A stretch of DNA of 38,622 nucleotides from Thraustochytrium aureum (taxonomy: Eukaryota): positions 104,515-143,136 of the forward strand of contig BLSG01000235.1 of assembly GCA_012862495.1 (NCBI GenBank), written 5' to 3'. The notes beneath the pieces are model-generated. The model was not told the origin of the DNA and searched no databases. It saw only the letters and a program-made list of their open reading frames with translations. Below, one piece after another: positions 12,192 to 22,712 of this stretch. The translations under genes were made by a program, and so were the position numbers. Each line of letters begins with the position of its first letter. Position 1 is the stretch's first letter.

Positions 12192-13025
12192 NNNNNNNNN
12201 NNNNNNNNNNNNNNNNNNNNNNNNNNNNNNNNNNNNNNNNNNNNNNNNNNNNNNNNNNNNNNNNNNNNNNNNNNNNNNNNNNNNNNNNNNNNNNNNNNNN
12301 NNNNNNNNNNNNNNNNNNNNNNNNNNNNNNNNNNNNNNNNNNNNNNNNNNNNNNNNNNNNNNNNNNNNNNNNNNNNNNNNNNNNNNNNNNNNNNNNNNNN
12401 NNNNNNNNNNNNNNNNNNNNNNNNNNNNNNNNNNNNNNNNNNNNNNNNNNNNNNNNNNNNNNNNNNNNNNNNNNNNNNNNNNNNNNNNNNNNNNNNNNNN
12501 NNNNNNNNNNNNNNNNNNNNNNNNNNNNNNNNNNNNNNNNNNNNNNNNNNNNNNNNNNNNNNNNNNNNNNNNNNNNNNNNNNNNNNNNNNNNNNNNNNNN
12601 NNNNNNNNNNNNNNNNNNNNNNNNNNNNNNNNNNNNNNNNNNNNNNNNNNNNNNNNNNNNNNNNNNNNNNNNNNNNNNNNNNNNNNNNNNNNNNNNNNNN
12701 NNNNNNNNNNNNNNNNNNNNNNNNNNNNNNNNNNNNNNNNNNNNNNNNNNNNNNNNNNNNNNNNNNNNNNNNNNNNNNNNNNNNNNNNNNNNNNNNNNNN
12801 NNNNNNNNNNNNNNNNNNNNNNNNNNNNNNNNNNNNNNNNNNNNNNNNNNNNNNNNNNNNNNNNNNNNNNNNNNNNNNNNNNNNNNNNNNNNNNNNNNNN
12901 NNNNNNNNNNNNNNNNNNNNNNNNNNNNNNNNNNNNNNNNNNNNNNNNNNNNNNNNNNNNNNNNNNNNNNNNNNCTGCGCGCCCTCGAACAATGCTATCT
13001 GTGGCCGACGTGAATGTGCGGAAGA

Positions 13026-14141
13026 CTAGTTTGAGCTCAACTCGTCCAAATCCTGGCCCTTGCCGGCTGGTCTCGTCTCAACGAGCCACGGCCACACCGT
13101 GTCTGCATACAGCAGTGCGGTCCCGTCCTCAATCCTCGGCGCATGGCTGCCCATCGCAACGCTGAGATGCTCTGGCCGTGGACCAGACCGAGAGCGTGGC
13201 GGTACAGACGAGAAGACGGCGCGGACCTCGCCATTTCGGGCCGTCGCCATGGTCCGTCGGAAGCTCTTCTGGTCGCGCAACACTGAAGCTGAGACCGTGA
13301 CTGAGGGTTCCAAGCCCATGGCCGCCAGAGCGTCACGGATGCTTGTAAAATAGTCCTCCTCTGTGTGCGCAAACGCGACGATATCTTTTGTTGCAAACCC
13401 GCCGCGGCGCCCGAGAAAGGTCTTCTCCGGACGCGTGAAGGCTTGTGGGGCGCTGATCAACGCGGCGCGTCGGAGCGGGAACTTGTGCGCAAGAAAGGTC
13501 GCGTGCGCCCCGCCCTGGCTGTGGCCCGAAACCACGACACGATCCCAGCGCACCGAGCGCCCGTCATCGTGCAGAAACCTACTCCACCCCTCGCCTTTTC
13601 GCCGCTTGGCGAGGTAGCGGAGAAGCGACGAGATGCGACCCACCACAGAGTCTGCCGGTTGGATGGCCTCTGTAAATGGCGTCCTGTCGCCGCCAATGCA
13701 AACCGTCTCGTGGAAATCGAAGAGCTCCCTGTCACGCGCGTCGTCGTCGTCGCCGTGGAGTTCGTCCACGGTGGCGCCAACGTCGCCCGCCGCCGTGAAC
13801 GAGTACAGGTACGCGAGCCCAATCGTGTGGTGCCCCGCGCGTGCCGTGGCTGCAAGGTAGTCCAAGTACAGCGCCGGGTGCCCCATCGTCCCGTGCAAAA
13901 ACACGTGCAAGAGCCCCGTCGCCTTCACCTCCTCGCCCGGTGCGCGGGCGGCGTGTGGAAGCGCGCCGCGAAGCGGCGTCTCTGCCATGCTCGGACCGAG
14001 CCCCGCCAGCCCGACTTGCCCTGGCCACACCCACACAAACCTGCCCAGCTCTGGCACGAGCAGCGGCAGTCCAACCAAGCCTGCGACCACCGTGGCCACA
14101 ACCGCGGCAGCCACAGCGCCCACCCACCACATCAGCGCCAT
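13026..14141 (-). CDS. Alpha/beta-hydrolase fold protein with N-terminal membrane anchor/signal (BPSS1187-like, tentative)
   Basis: Probable ATG 14141 (MALMWWVGAVAAAVVATVVAGLVGL). Motifs VFLHGT and nucleophile elbow SGHSQGG; candidate acid in AHTEED and His in PEHLSV. Intronless. Confidence 0.8.
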   Translation of the reverse strand: MALMWWVGAVAAAVVATVVAGLVGLPLLVPELGRFVWVWPGQVGLAGLGPSMAETPLRGALPHAARAPGEEVKATGLLHVFLHGTMGHPALYLDYLAATARAGHHTIGLAYLYSFTAAGDVGATVDELHGDDDDARDRELFDFHETVCIGGDRTPFTEAIQPADSVVGRISSLLRYLAKRRKGEGWSRFLHDDGRSVRWDRVVVSGHSQGGAHATFLAHKFPLRRAALISAPQAFTRPEKTFLGRRGGFATKDIVAFAHTEEDYFTSIRDALAAMGLEPSVTVSASVLRDQKSFRRTMATARNGEVRAVFSSVPPRSRSGPRPEHLSVAMGSHAPRIEDGTALLYADTVWPWLVETRPAGKGQDLDELSSN

Positions 14142-14714
14142 TCTCGCAGTCGCAAGTGGGCCGAGCAAGCCTCGCGAGGGCTGGACTGGATTGTCGGGTG
14201 GATGGATGAATGGACGAAGCTGCCCGCCCTTCGTCAGGACGGCGAAAAGATGCGCCGCCGCGGGCCACCGTAACGATTCCTCCCCGCTCGTCGTGGCTAT
14301 CGTCCAACGCACTCGATTTCGCGACCTGCCGTGCTCGCCCCACGGCGCCGCACCGAAATACTTCCGCAAGAACTCTTCCAAGACGATCGATCGTCAGCGC
14401 CGAGCAGCCAATCGCGACGTCCAGACTCGCGTTCGCGACAAGCAGCCCCGAGGCCACCAGCCGCCGTCCTGCCCCGGGTGGGCCCGTGCGTTGCGCGGGC
14501 AGATTGGTTTGGACGCGAGCGAGCGAGCTTCGCCGGCGCGTCTCGTGCCTCTGCCCACGTGCATCTCCTCGCACGTTTTTTGTAACTCGCAAAACAATAG
14601 TCTAAGAGACCTTTTAAAAAAACAGGATGGCCGGACAGACGCGACATCCAGAGCGTCGTGTTCGTGCGCCGCAGACCCCGAACCGAGCAGCGCAAGATCT
14701 ATCGGCTGCCCACG

Positions 14715-14770
14715 CAGGAGCAGCAGCAGGAGCAGCAGGAGCAGCAGCAGGAGCAGGAGCAGGAGCGGCA
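14715..14770 (+). repeat. CAG/GAG low-complexity repeat upstream of the peroxidase ATG
   Basis: caggagcagcagcaggagcagcaggagcagcagcaggagcaggagcaggagcggca. Confidence 0.7.
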
Positions 14771-14826
14771 GAGGAGGCGCCAGGCGGCGGTCGAGGAGAA
14801 GGAGCAGGGCGTCGCTTTTGGACAGG

Positions 14827-15809
14827 ATGGTGGACGTCAAGGTGAGTGCTCTCGGCTGGCTTCGTTCCGGCCCTGCTTGGGCTCCACACCCGCCCGGGCG
14901 CAAGGCGGAAGGGCGCGGCTGCTGACGACGGACGAGGCGCAGGCGTACCGCGAGGCGCTCGGCAAGTGCCGCGAGGAGATGAGGGCGTTTATTGATAAGG
15001 TGAACTGCCACCCGATCTGCGTGCGGCTCGCCTGGCACGACAGCGGCACGTTCGACAAGGCCAGGCCCGGCGTGGGAGGCGCCGACGGGTCCATCCGGTT
15101 CAAAGAGGAGCTCTCGCACGGAGCCAACGCCGGCTTGGCCAAGGCGATGGGCTACATCGAGCAGTTCAAGTCAAAGTACCCGATCCTGAGCTACGCCGAC
15201 CTGATCCAGATGGCCTCCGCCGAGGCGATCTCCCTCGCCGGCGGGCCGGCCATCCCCATGCGGTACGGGCGCAAGGACGCCGACGCGTGCCCGCCCGAGG
15301 GCAACCTTCCCGCTGGCGCCTCCCCGTTCCCGCGCGGCGTGAGCGCGGCGCAGCACCTCCGCGACGTCTTCCACCGCATGGGGTTTGACGACAAGGACAT
15401 TGTCGCCCTGAGCGGCGCGCACACGATCGGGCGCGCCTTCAAAGAGCGGTCTGGCGCCACCGAGCACGGGTACGGGTCCAAGGGCACGCCGTACACCTCG
15501 GACGAGTCTCACAAGGCGCGCGCCGACAACAAGGAGGGCCTGGGCATGCTCGGCGGCCAGAGCTGGACCAAGAAGTGGCTCACGTTCGACAACTCGTACT
15601 TCAAGGAGACGCAGGCCAAGGACCTGCTGCGACTGGAGACAGACCAGGCCATCAGCGTGGATCCCGGCTTCAAGCCGCACTTTCAGCGCTACGCAGAGTC
15701 GCAGGAGGCCTTCTTCGCCGATTATGCGGATGTCCACCGCCGCCTGTCGGAGCTCGGCTCGACCTGGGTTGTTCCTGGCGGGATCGTCCTTGCGGGCTCG
15801 AAGCTGTGA
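14827..15809 (+). CDS. APX: Class I heme peroxidase, L-ascorbate peroxidase; exons 14827-14841 and 14943-15809; C-terminal SKL
   Basis: MVDVK|AYREAL across intron 14842-14942 (GTGAGT, GCTGAC, CAG). Distal RLAWHDSGTFD, GGADGSIRF, proximal LSGAHTIGR, WLTFDNSYF. Ends GSKL*. Confidence 0.93.
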
Positions 15810-15948
15810 GACGTGCGGACCGGCAGTATGCGGAGCCTCTTTCGCTCAACGAGGCGGGCCCACCGATGGGGCGCCCGCCGCGCCGCTTGCGAGATTAAAA
15901 AAAGAAAAAGTCAAGTTTTAAAAAGCCTGCGCCCCATGTTGCGCGGCG

Positions 15949-16168
15949 CAAAGCACGCTCACAGGCCAAAGCACGCTCACAGGCCAAATCACGCTCACAG
16001 GCCAAAGCACGCTCACAGGCCAAAGCACGCTCACAGCCCAAAGCACGCTCACAGCCCAAAGCACGCTCACAGGCCAAAGCACGCTCACAGCCCGACGCTC
16101 ACAGCACAAAGCACGCTCACAGCCCGACGCTCACAGCCCAAAGCACGCTCACACCCAAGCACGCTCAC
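15949..16168. repeat. 18-bp minisatellite (caaagcacgctcacag[g/c]c), about 12 units, running into a gap
   Basis: Eight near-perfect 18-mers at 15949-16092, then 18-mers alternating with 14-bp variants (cgacgctcacagc[a/c]). Confidence 0.95.
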
Positions 16169-16664
16169 NNNNNNNNNNNNNNNNNNNNNNNNNNNNNNNN
16201 NNNNNNNNNNNNNNNNNNNNNNNNNNNNNNNNNNNNNNNNNNNNNNNNNNNNNNNNNNNNNNNNNNNNNNNNNNNNNNNNNNNNNNNNNNNNNNNNNNNN
16301 NNNNNNNNNNNNNNNNNNNNNNNNNNNNNNNNNNNNNNNNNNNNNNNNNNNNNNNNNNNNNNNNNNNNNNNNNNNNNNNNNNNNNNNNNNNNNNNNNNNN
16401 NNNNNNNNNNNNNNNNNNNNNNNNNNNNNNNNNNNNNNNNNNNNNNNNNNNNNNNNNNNNNNNNNNNNNNNNNNNNNNNNNNNNNNNNNNNNNNNNNNNN
16501 NNNNNNNNNNNNNNNNNNNNNNNNNNNNNNNNNNNNNNNNNNNNNNNNNNNNNNNNNNNNNNNNNNNNNNNNNNNNNNNNNNNNNNNNNNNNNNNNNNNN
16601 NNNNNNNNNNNNNNNNNNNNNNNNNNNNNNNNNNNNNNNNNNNNNNNNNNNNNNNNNNNNNNNN

Positions 16665-19023
16665 CCACCTCCAGCGTCAGCTGGTGGATCGTCCGCGCTT
16701 GCTCCTCAACAGTGTCGCGCTCCGAAGCCCTCGTCCCGCCTCCAGCGGCGCGATGCCGGAATCCTGGTGTCGAACCGAGCCGGGCCGCGAGCCTCTTGTT
16801 GGCCCGCTCGAGCCCGTCAATGCGGCCCCGCAACATACCCAGGTCGTCTTGCTCGCCCGTCGAGGTCAAGCTCTCGCCGTCACACGGATCGTTTGGCGTC
16901 AACTCGTCCGCAGTCATCGCGCCACGATCGCGATCCCCGGTCGCGGCGAAGGCGATCGCGCGCGGCGGATCGCGCCCATGCTCGTCCGACTTGAGGCGGC
17001 GGCGCATCTCCAGGATATCGCGCTCGACGCCAGCGAGCGCCTCGGTGTCGACGTCTTCGCCGACGCGGGTCTGCGAGTCGAGAAGGCGCTGTGCGTTACC
17101 TTGCTCGACGAGCATGGCCTCAAATCTGCTGGCTTGGTCTCGGAGCTCCTGCAGGTGGGCGGCTTGGGCTTCTCGCAAGGCGGTCTGGACAGCTCTCCGT
17201 GCGCGTTCTTCCTCCGCCAGGAGGTTGGAGCGCTCTCTGAGCTGCTTTTTCAGCTGCGCGACTTTGGCCCGAGTCGCCGCGTGGTCCGTGGACGCGCTCT
17301 CGAGGTCGAGCCTGGCCTTGGCTGCTCGTGCGTTGGCCTCCTCGATCATCTTTGTCTTCTCCGCGAGCTTGCCCTCGAGGAACTCGACCATCTCGGCTTT
17401 GCTGCTCGTCCCGTCGCGGGCAAGTTGCGCGACCGACTCTAGCTTGAGCTTGGCCTCCACAGCGGCGGCTAGCTCGCGCCGGGCCGCTTCCAGCTCGTCC
17501 TTGAGCGAGGCAGCGTGGGCCTTGGCCGACTCGGCGGCCTCCTGCGAGGTTGAAAACTTTGTCTTGAGCAATGCGAGCTCTTCGTTGACAGCGGCAAGGG
17601 CGCCGTCGCGTTCGGAGCGCGAGCTCGCCGTTTCGCTTCGGAGCCGCTCGACCTCGCCGGTGAGCCGCCGGTTTTGCTCCAAGCAGATATTGAGGTTTTC
17701 CGTTGTGTCCATCACCTCGAAGCGAAGCTGCTTCTTGGCTTGCTCGGCCTCAGAGATTTGCTCCCGCAACGCGTCGCGCGCCTCGGCGTGAGCGTCCGCG
17801 GCGTCCCTGGCGTCTTTGAGCTCCTTGGACCTTTCCGCGAGCTGGGCCTTTGCGAATTGCGCGGCCTCGTGCAGCTCCTGGCATTTGCGGACAGCGTCAT
17901 GCAGCTCGGCCGCGACTTGGTCAGCGCGTTCTTGGAGAGAGCGAACCTCTGCGCCCAGACCGCCTTGCACCTGCTGCGCGGCGGCGAGCTGCTTGACGAG
18001 TTGCGTCTTCTCGTCCGTCAGCGAGCGAACCTGGCTGGCCAAACCCGCCTTGGCGTCCGAGAGCTCGCGAATTTCTTGAGCGAGCTTGTCCGCGCGCTCT
18101 TGGGCCTTCGCGGCGTTTGCATGCGCAGCTTCGGCTGCGCTCGTGGCGCGTTCCAGCTCTTCGCCCTGGACTTTGAGCTGCTGTTGCAGGGCTGCAAAGT
18201 CGGCGTCCCGCTCCGAGTGTGAGGCCGCCAGCCGGTTGACGGCGTCCCGCGCGCGCGCCTCGAGGTCGGCAGCGAGGCTCGCGACCTGATTCCGCAGCTT
18301 GTCGCACTCTCCGCGCGATGCAGCCAGGGCGGCTTGCGACGCGACCGTGGCCTCGCGGTCTTTCGTGTGCGCTAGCACAGCCTCGTTCCTTGCTTGCTCC
18401 GCGGCCTCTGCGCGCTGCGATTCGGCGACGGTGTCCGCCCGAGCCTGGCGAAGCTTGGCCTCGAGCTCCTCGATCTCCTCCTCGTACTCGCGCCGCATGT
18501 CGCCGACCCGGTTGCGCTGCTCGCTCCATTCTGCTGCGGCGAGGTCTAGCTCGTCGCGCTTTAGCTTGTCTAGCTGCTGCTTGAACCCCCGCGCGACTGG
18601 CGTGTACGGGGCGTCGCTCGCGGAAACAGGGTCGAAACGCTGGGAGGCCGCAGCCCCCATGCGAAGCCTGGCGATTTGGCGGTGCATGTCCTCGGCCGTC
18701 GGCGTGTTTGCGCCCTTGCTCTCCTCGCGCGTGTCCCCCGTGCAGATCTTTTCGATCGACGAGTCGGCGGAGCGCTTGCGGTACTCTTCCATTCGGCGGC
18801 GGCCTTCCTCGATTAGGGCCTTGCGCACTGACGCGCTCGAGTCTGCCGAGCCGGGCGTCAGGTTTGCGTTCGACGAGCCCCCCCCAAACACGCGCGTTGG
18901 GGTCAGTGCGGCGAGCCCGCCAGAGAAGCTGTCCAGGTCGAGCTTTCCCCTGGGGTTCATCGCGTCTTCATCAACCTCAGGGCCCCTGTTGAGCGCACCA
19001 GGGCCGTCGTCAGCGTCCGCCAT
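16665..19023 (-). CDS. Long coiled-coil protein (golgin/centrosomal-like); 3' end in gap; start may lie further upstream
   Basis: More than 780 open codons from ATG 19023 (MADADDGPG). Extended E/A/Q/L heptad repeats. The frame is also open upstream to the gap at 19091. Confidence 0.8.
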
Positions 19024-19902
19024 TCCAGCCCCGAGCCACGAGCGCCGTTCGCGCTCTTGCGAGCTCAACGAGCTGTCGTCCACGTCGCGTNNNNNNNNNN
19101 NNNNNNNNNNNNNNNNNNNNNNNNNNNNNNNNNNNNNNNNNNNNNNNNNNNNNNNNNNNNNNNNNNNNNNNNNNNNNNNNNNNNNNNNNNNNNNNNNNNN
19201 NNNNNNNNNNNNNNNNNNNNNNNNNNNNNNNNNNNNNNNNNNNNNNNNNNNNNNNNNNNNNNNNNNNNNNNNNNNNNNNNNNNNNNNNNNNNNNNNNNNN
19301 NNNNNNNNNNNNNNNNNNNNNNNNNNNNNNNNNNNNNNNNNNNNNNNNNNNNNNNNNNNNNNNNNNNNNNNNNNNNNNNNNNNNNNNNNNNNNNNNNNNN
19401 NNNNNNNNNNNNNNNNNNNNNNNNNNNNNNNNNNNNNNNNNNNNNNNNNNNNNNNNNNNNNNNNNNNNNNNNNNNNNNNNNNNNNNNNNNNACGAGAACA
19501 ATCCCTCCTTCCTCTGGCGTGTGCTTTGTGCACGGCTGCTGACGTCATAGTAGTCCTCGGCCTGTCGCGCTTGCGCCACATCTGCTTGCGCCATGTCACC
19601 TGCAGCCCTGTCTGCATGGCGCAAGCGCTGCGCGGATGACGTGGGGGAGGGTGGGAGGGTGGGACAGTGACGTCATTCCTGGGCGAGGGTTGTGCATGCG
19701 CGCCTTGACCGACAGAGCTGCAACGCAGGAGCGCATCGAAGGCAATTGGAGCGCGAGCGCCGCCCCAGGACCGCATCGAGCACGTCCTGCGCGGGACGAG
19801 CGCCCGTCTCAAGGAAAGGAGGGAGGACGGCTTGGTCCCGGGAGTGCGTTGGCCTGGCGCTGCTGTCGCTGGTTTCTTTCCTTCGTTGAGGAGGGAGGGA
19901 GG

Positions 19903-20863
19903 ATGGCGGAGCAGCTTACGAGGGAGAACGACGAGCTCAAGGCGGAGAATGCGGCGCTGAAGAGGGAGATCGAAGAGCTCAAGCTGCAGCTCGTCGGAGG
20001 CCAGGAGAGCTCCTGGAATGCGTTCAAGTCGCTGATGCCGGGCGCGCGGAAGAAGATCATGGAGAAGAATCGGCCGCGGGAGTCCAAGAAGGACGTTGCC
20101 GATCTGATGGCGGCCGCCAAGGCCGGCGAGGTCGCCAAGGTGGAGAAGCTGCTCGAGTCGGGCGTGCCGGTGGACATCGTGGAGAGCGACTTTTCGGAGA
20201 CCGCACTCATGGCGGCTGCCAAGGTTGGCAAGACGCGCTGTGTGGAGCTCCTGCTTGCGAACCGGGCTCGCATCGACCAGCGCGACGAGAACGGCGAGAC
20301 GGCGCTTTACAAGGCCGCAGGTACGTTAGAGCGCGCTGCTTGCATTCTTGGCGTTTTGCTCGCTCGCTCGCTAGATCGATGGCCTGGGTGTGCTGGGCCG
20401 GGCGGGTTGCGCTGGCCTGGGCAAAGGGGCGCGCGCTCGAGCAAGGCAATAATTCCCAACTAACGCGTGAATGAGAAAACCACCGCAGAGTGGGGCCGCG
20501 AGGAAACCGTCATGGCCCTGGTGCAGCACGGCGCGCGCCTTGACACCGCGACAAAGCGCAACAAGCTCACGCCGCTTATGATTGCCGCCAAGAACGGCCA
20601 CACCGACGTGGCCGTGTCCCTCGTCAAGGAGGGCGCCTCGATCAAGGTCCTTAACTCGGTAAGTTGCTCTGCGGTCCACCCTCGCCGTGTCGACGGACTG
20701 CTCGCTGACAGATTCGCGACTGCGCCCGGCGAATATCCCGCAGCTTGGCCAGGACGCCTGCCAGTGCGCGCGTGCTGCCAACCACGAAGAAACGGCGAGC
20801 GCGATCGAAAAGGCAGCCGAGAAGCGGCGCAAGTCGAAGCGCGTCGACCCGACTGCGCTCTAG
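19903..20863 (+). CDS. Ankyrin-repeat protein with N-terminal coiled coil; exons 19903-20320, 20489-20658, 20744-20863
   Basis: ANK motifs ETALMAAAKVG, GETALYKAA|EWG, LTPLMIAAKNGH and S|LGQDACQCA. Introns 20321-20488 (GTACGT, CTAAC, CAG) and 20659-20743 (GTAAGT, CTGAC, CAG) keep frame. TAG at 20861-20863. Confidence 0.9.
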
Positions 20864-21095
20864 AGCAACGTCGCGCGGCGGTCCCTCGGGGCCCTTTACT
20901 CTGCACGCTGCTCTGGCCAGGCAGCTGCAGGTGCTGATATGGGCGCGATTCTGCCTGCGGTTTCACGACGATCATACCGCTGCTGTCCAAACTCAAGACT
21001 CACTCCGAACAAAATATATAAAAGACCAGTATGTAGGCCGCGGCATCTCATAAACCATTGTTTCGTTTTCACCTCTGTGGGTTTCCTCGCTCGGA

Positions 21096-21949
21096 CTACC
21101 TCCGCGTGCCCGCCCCTCCTCGGCGCGCCTTGCGCCGCGAAGGCTCCATGAACGATGAGATCGTTCCCGGCTGCTCATTGTAAAGCGCACGCGTTGGGAC
21201 GCGCAGCACGCCGGCCCGGAAGGCGTCCCGAAGCGGCGCCGCGCAGCCAATGTCAGGAAGCTCAAACAGCGGCTTGCCCAACTCGTTCAAGAGCTCGCGC
21301 ACGCGCGGGGGGGCGCCTGGCAATGGCACAATCTCCACGCTTCGAAGCGTCCCGCTCGATCCGCTGCTGGCCTTGGACGCTGCGCTTGGAGGGCGCCCGC
21401 GCTCTGGCGAGCCGCGCCGCGGCGACTGTCGCCTGCCAGCCAGAGCCCGCGCTGGCCGGACGCTTTGCCGAGCCGCGCGAGGACCTGGACTAGAACACCG
21501 CGGTTTTTCGGTCTCAACGCTTGCGGCCATCGCGCCTCCGGTTGTTCGCGCGGGCTGGAGCCTTCGTACCTCGTCGGCGTCGAGGTGGTTTCGAGCGCGC
21601 CGTGCGGCACGGTCGGCCTCGCGTTCTTCGCGACGCGTTTCCTCCTCAAGCCTTGCTCGCCGCTCATGACCAGCCGTCTTACATTTTGCGCGCCCTCCAG
21701 CTGTTGATCGATCTCCAAAGCGTCCTCGTTGATCCGGTCGCGGAGAGCGAACGCGGTGTTGGCCCACGCGCCGTCGACGTCGGGCAGTTGCGGTCCGCTC
21801 GCCGCCAACCCTCTTCCAAAGCCGTGCCGTGCCGGCGCCTCGACGACAGAAGCCATCGTACGCGGAAGGCTTGCGAGATTTCGCCAGTCAGCGTCGCCGA
21901 CTGCGGACCCGTTCGCGCGTCCGCCGCGCCCCGTGTCCACTTCGGTCAA
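21096..21949 (-). CDS. Hypothetical protein (two overlapping frames, possible frameshift near 21535; start unclear)
   Basis: Protein-like segments AWANTAFALRDRINEDALEIDQQLEG (frame 21287-21949) and VEIVPLPGAPPRVRELLNELGKPLFELPD (frame 21096-21767). No family recognised. Confidence 0.4.
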
Positions 21950-22712
21950 CTCGCATCACCTTGGACTGTCCAGGCGGGCGTGCGCCTTTCCGTTATTTGC
22001 GGAAACACATGTCCATTTTTCCTCCGTGCGGTCGACGAGCGAGCGTCGGGGCCGCCGAGCCCGCCGCCGCGCCCCTCGTGGTGCTACTGCTCTGTGGCTC
22101 CTGCCAGCAGGTTTGCCGCGCGCGCGCGCCCTGGGCGCGTCTGTGGGCCAGGCTTTCGCTCGAGGACGTTCGTGGCGGTGTGGTCGAGCGTGTTCCTGGC
22201 TCAGCTCCTCCCAACGTCGCTCGCCGACCTGGCCTTGGTCCTGCAGGACAACACTGTGGTNNNNNNNNNNNNNNNNNNNNNNNNNNNNNNNNNNNNNNNN
22301 NNNNNNNNNNNNNNNNNNNNNNNNNNNNNNNNNNNNNNNNNNNNNNNNNNNNNNNNNNNNNNNNNNNNNNNNNNNNNNNNNNNNNNNNNNNNNNNNNNNN
22401 NNNNNNNNNNNNNNNNNNNNNNNNNNNNNNNNNNNNNNNNNNNNNNNNNNNNNNNNNNNNNNNNNNNNNNNNNNNNNNNNNNNNNNNNNNNNNNNNNNNN
22501 NNNNNNNNNNNNNNNNNNNNNNNNNNNNNNNNNNNNNNNNNNNNNNNNNNNNNNNNNNNNNNNNNNNNNNNNNNNNNNNNNNNNNNNNNNNNNNNNNNNN
22601 NNNNNNNNNNNNNNNNNNNNNNNNNNNNNNNNNNNNNNNNNNNNNNNNNNNNNNNNNNNNNNNNNNNNNNNNNNNNNNNNNNNNNNNNNNNNNNNNNNNN
22701 NNNNNNNNNNNN

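Noticed and set aside
14382..14395. 14-bp palindrome gacgatcgatcgtc in the divergent hydrolase/APX spacer
   Set aside because: A short (GATC)n expansion with no supporting evidence of function.
14658..14826. Q/E-rich N-terminal extension of APX
   Set aside because: The ORF track starts at a non-ATG codon and reads through an intron. ATG 14827 plus a canonical intron gives a normal APX N-terminus.
15949..16168. CRISPR-like array or (PKHAHR)n coding repeat
   Set aside because: Units are contiguous with no unique spacers, there are no cas genes and the context is eukaryotic. There is no independent evidence of translation, so it is treated as a minisatellite.
19492..19594. Minus-strand start MAQADVAQARQAEDYYDV
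   Set aside because: Only about 34 codons before a gap; it cannot be assigned to the coiled-coil gene or to a separate gene.
22009..22260. Possible first exon of the S10 carboxypeptidase (MSIFPP...VERVPG...QHCG)
   Set aside because: Only a faint resemblance to S10 N-termini, other frames are equally plausible, and the gap prevents linkage.
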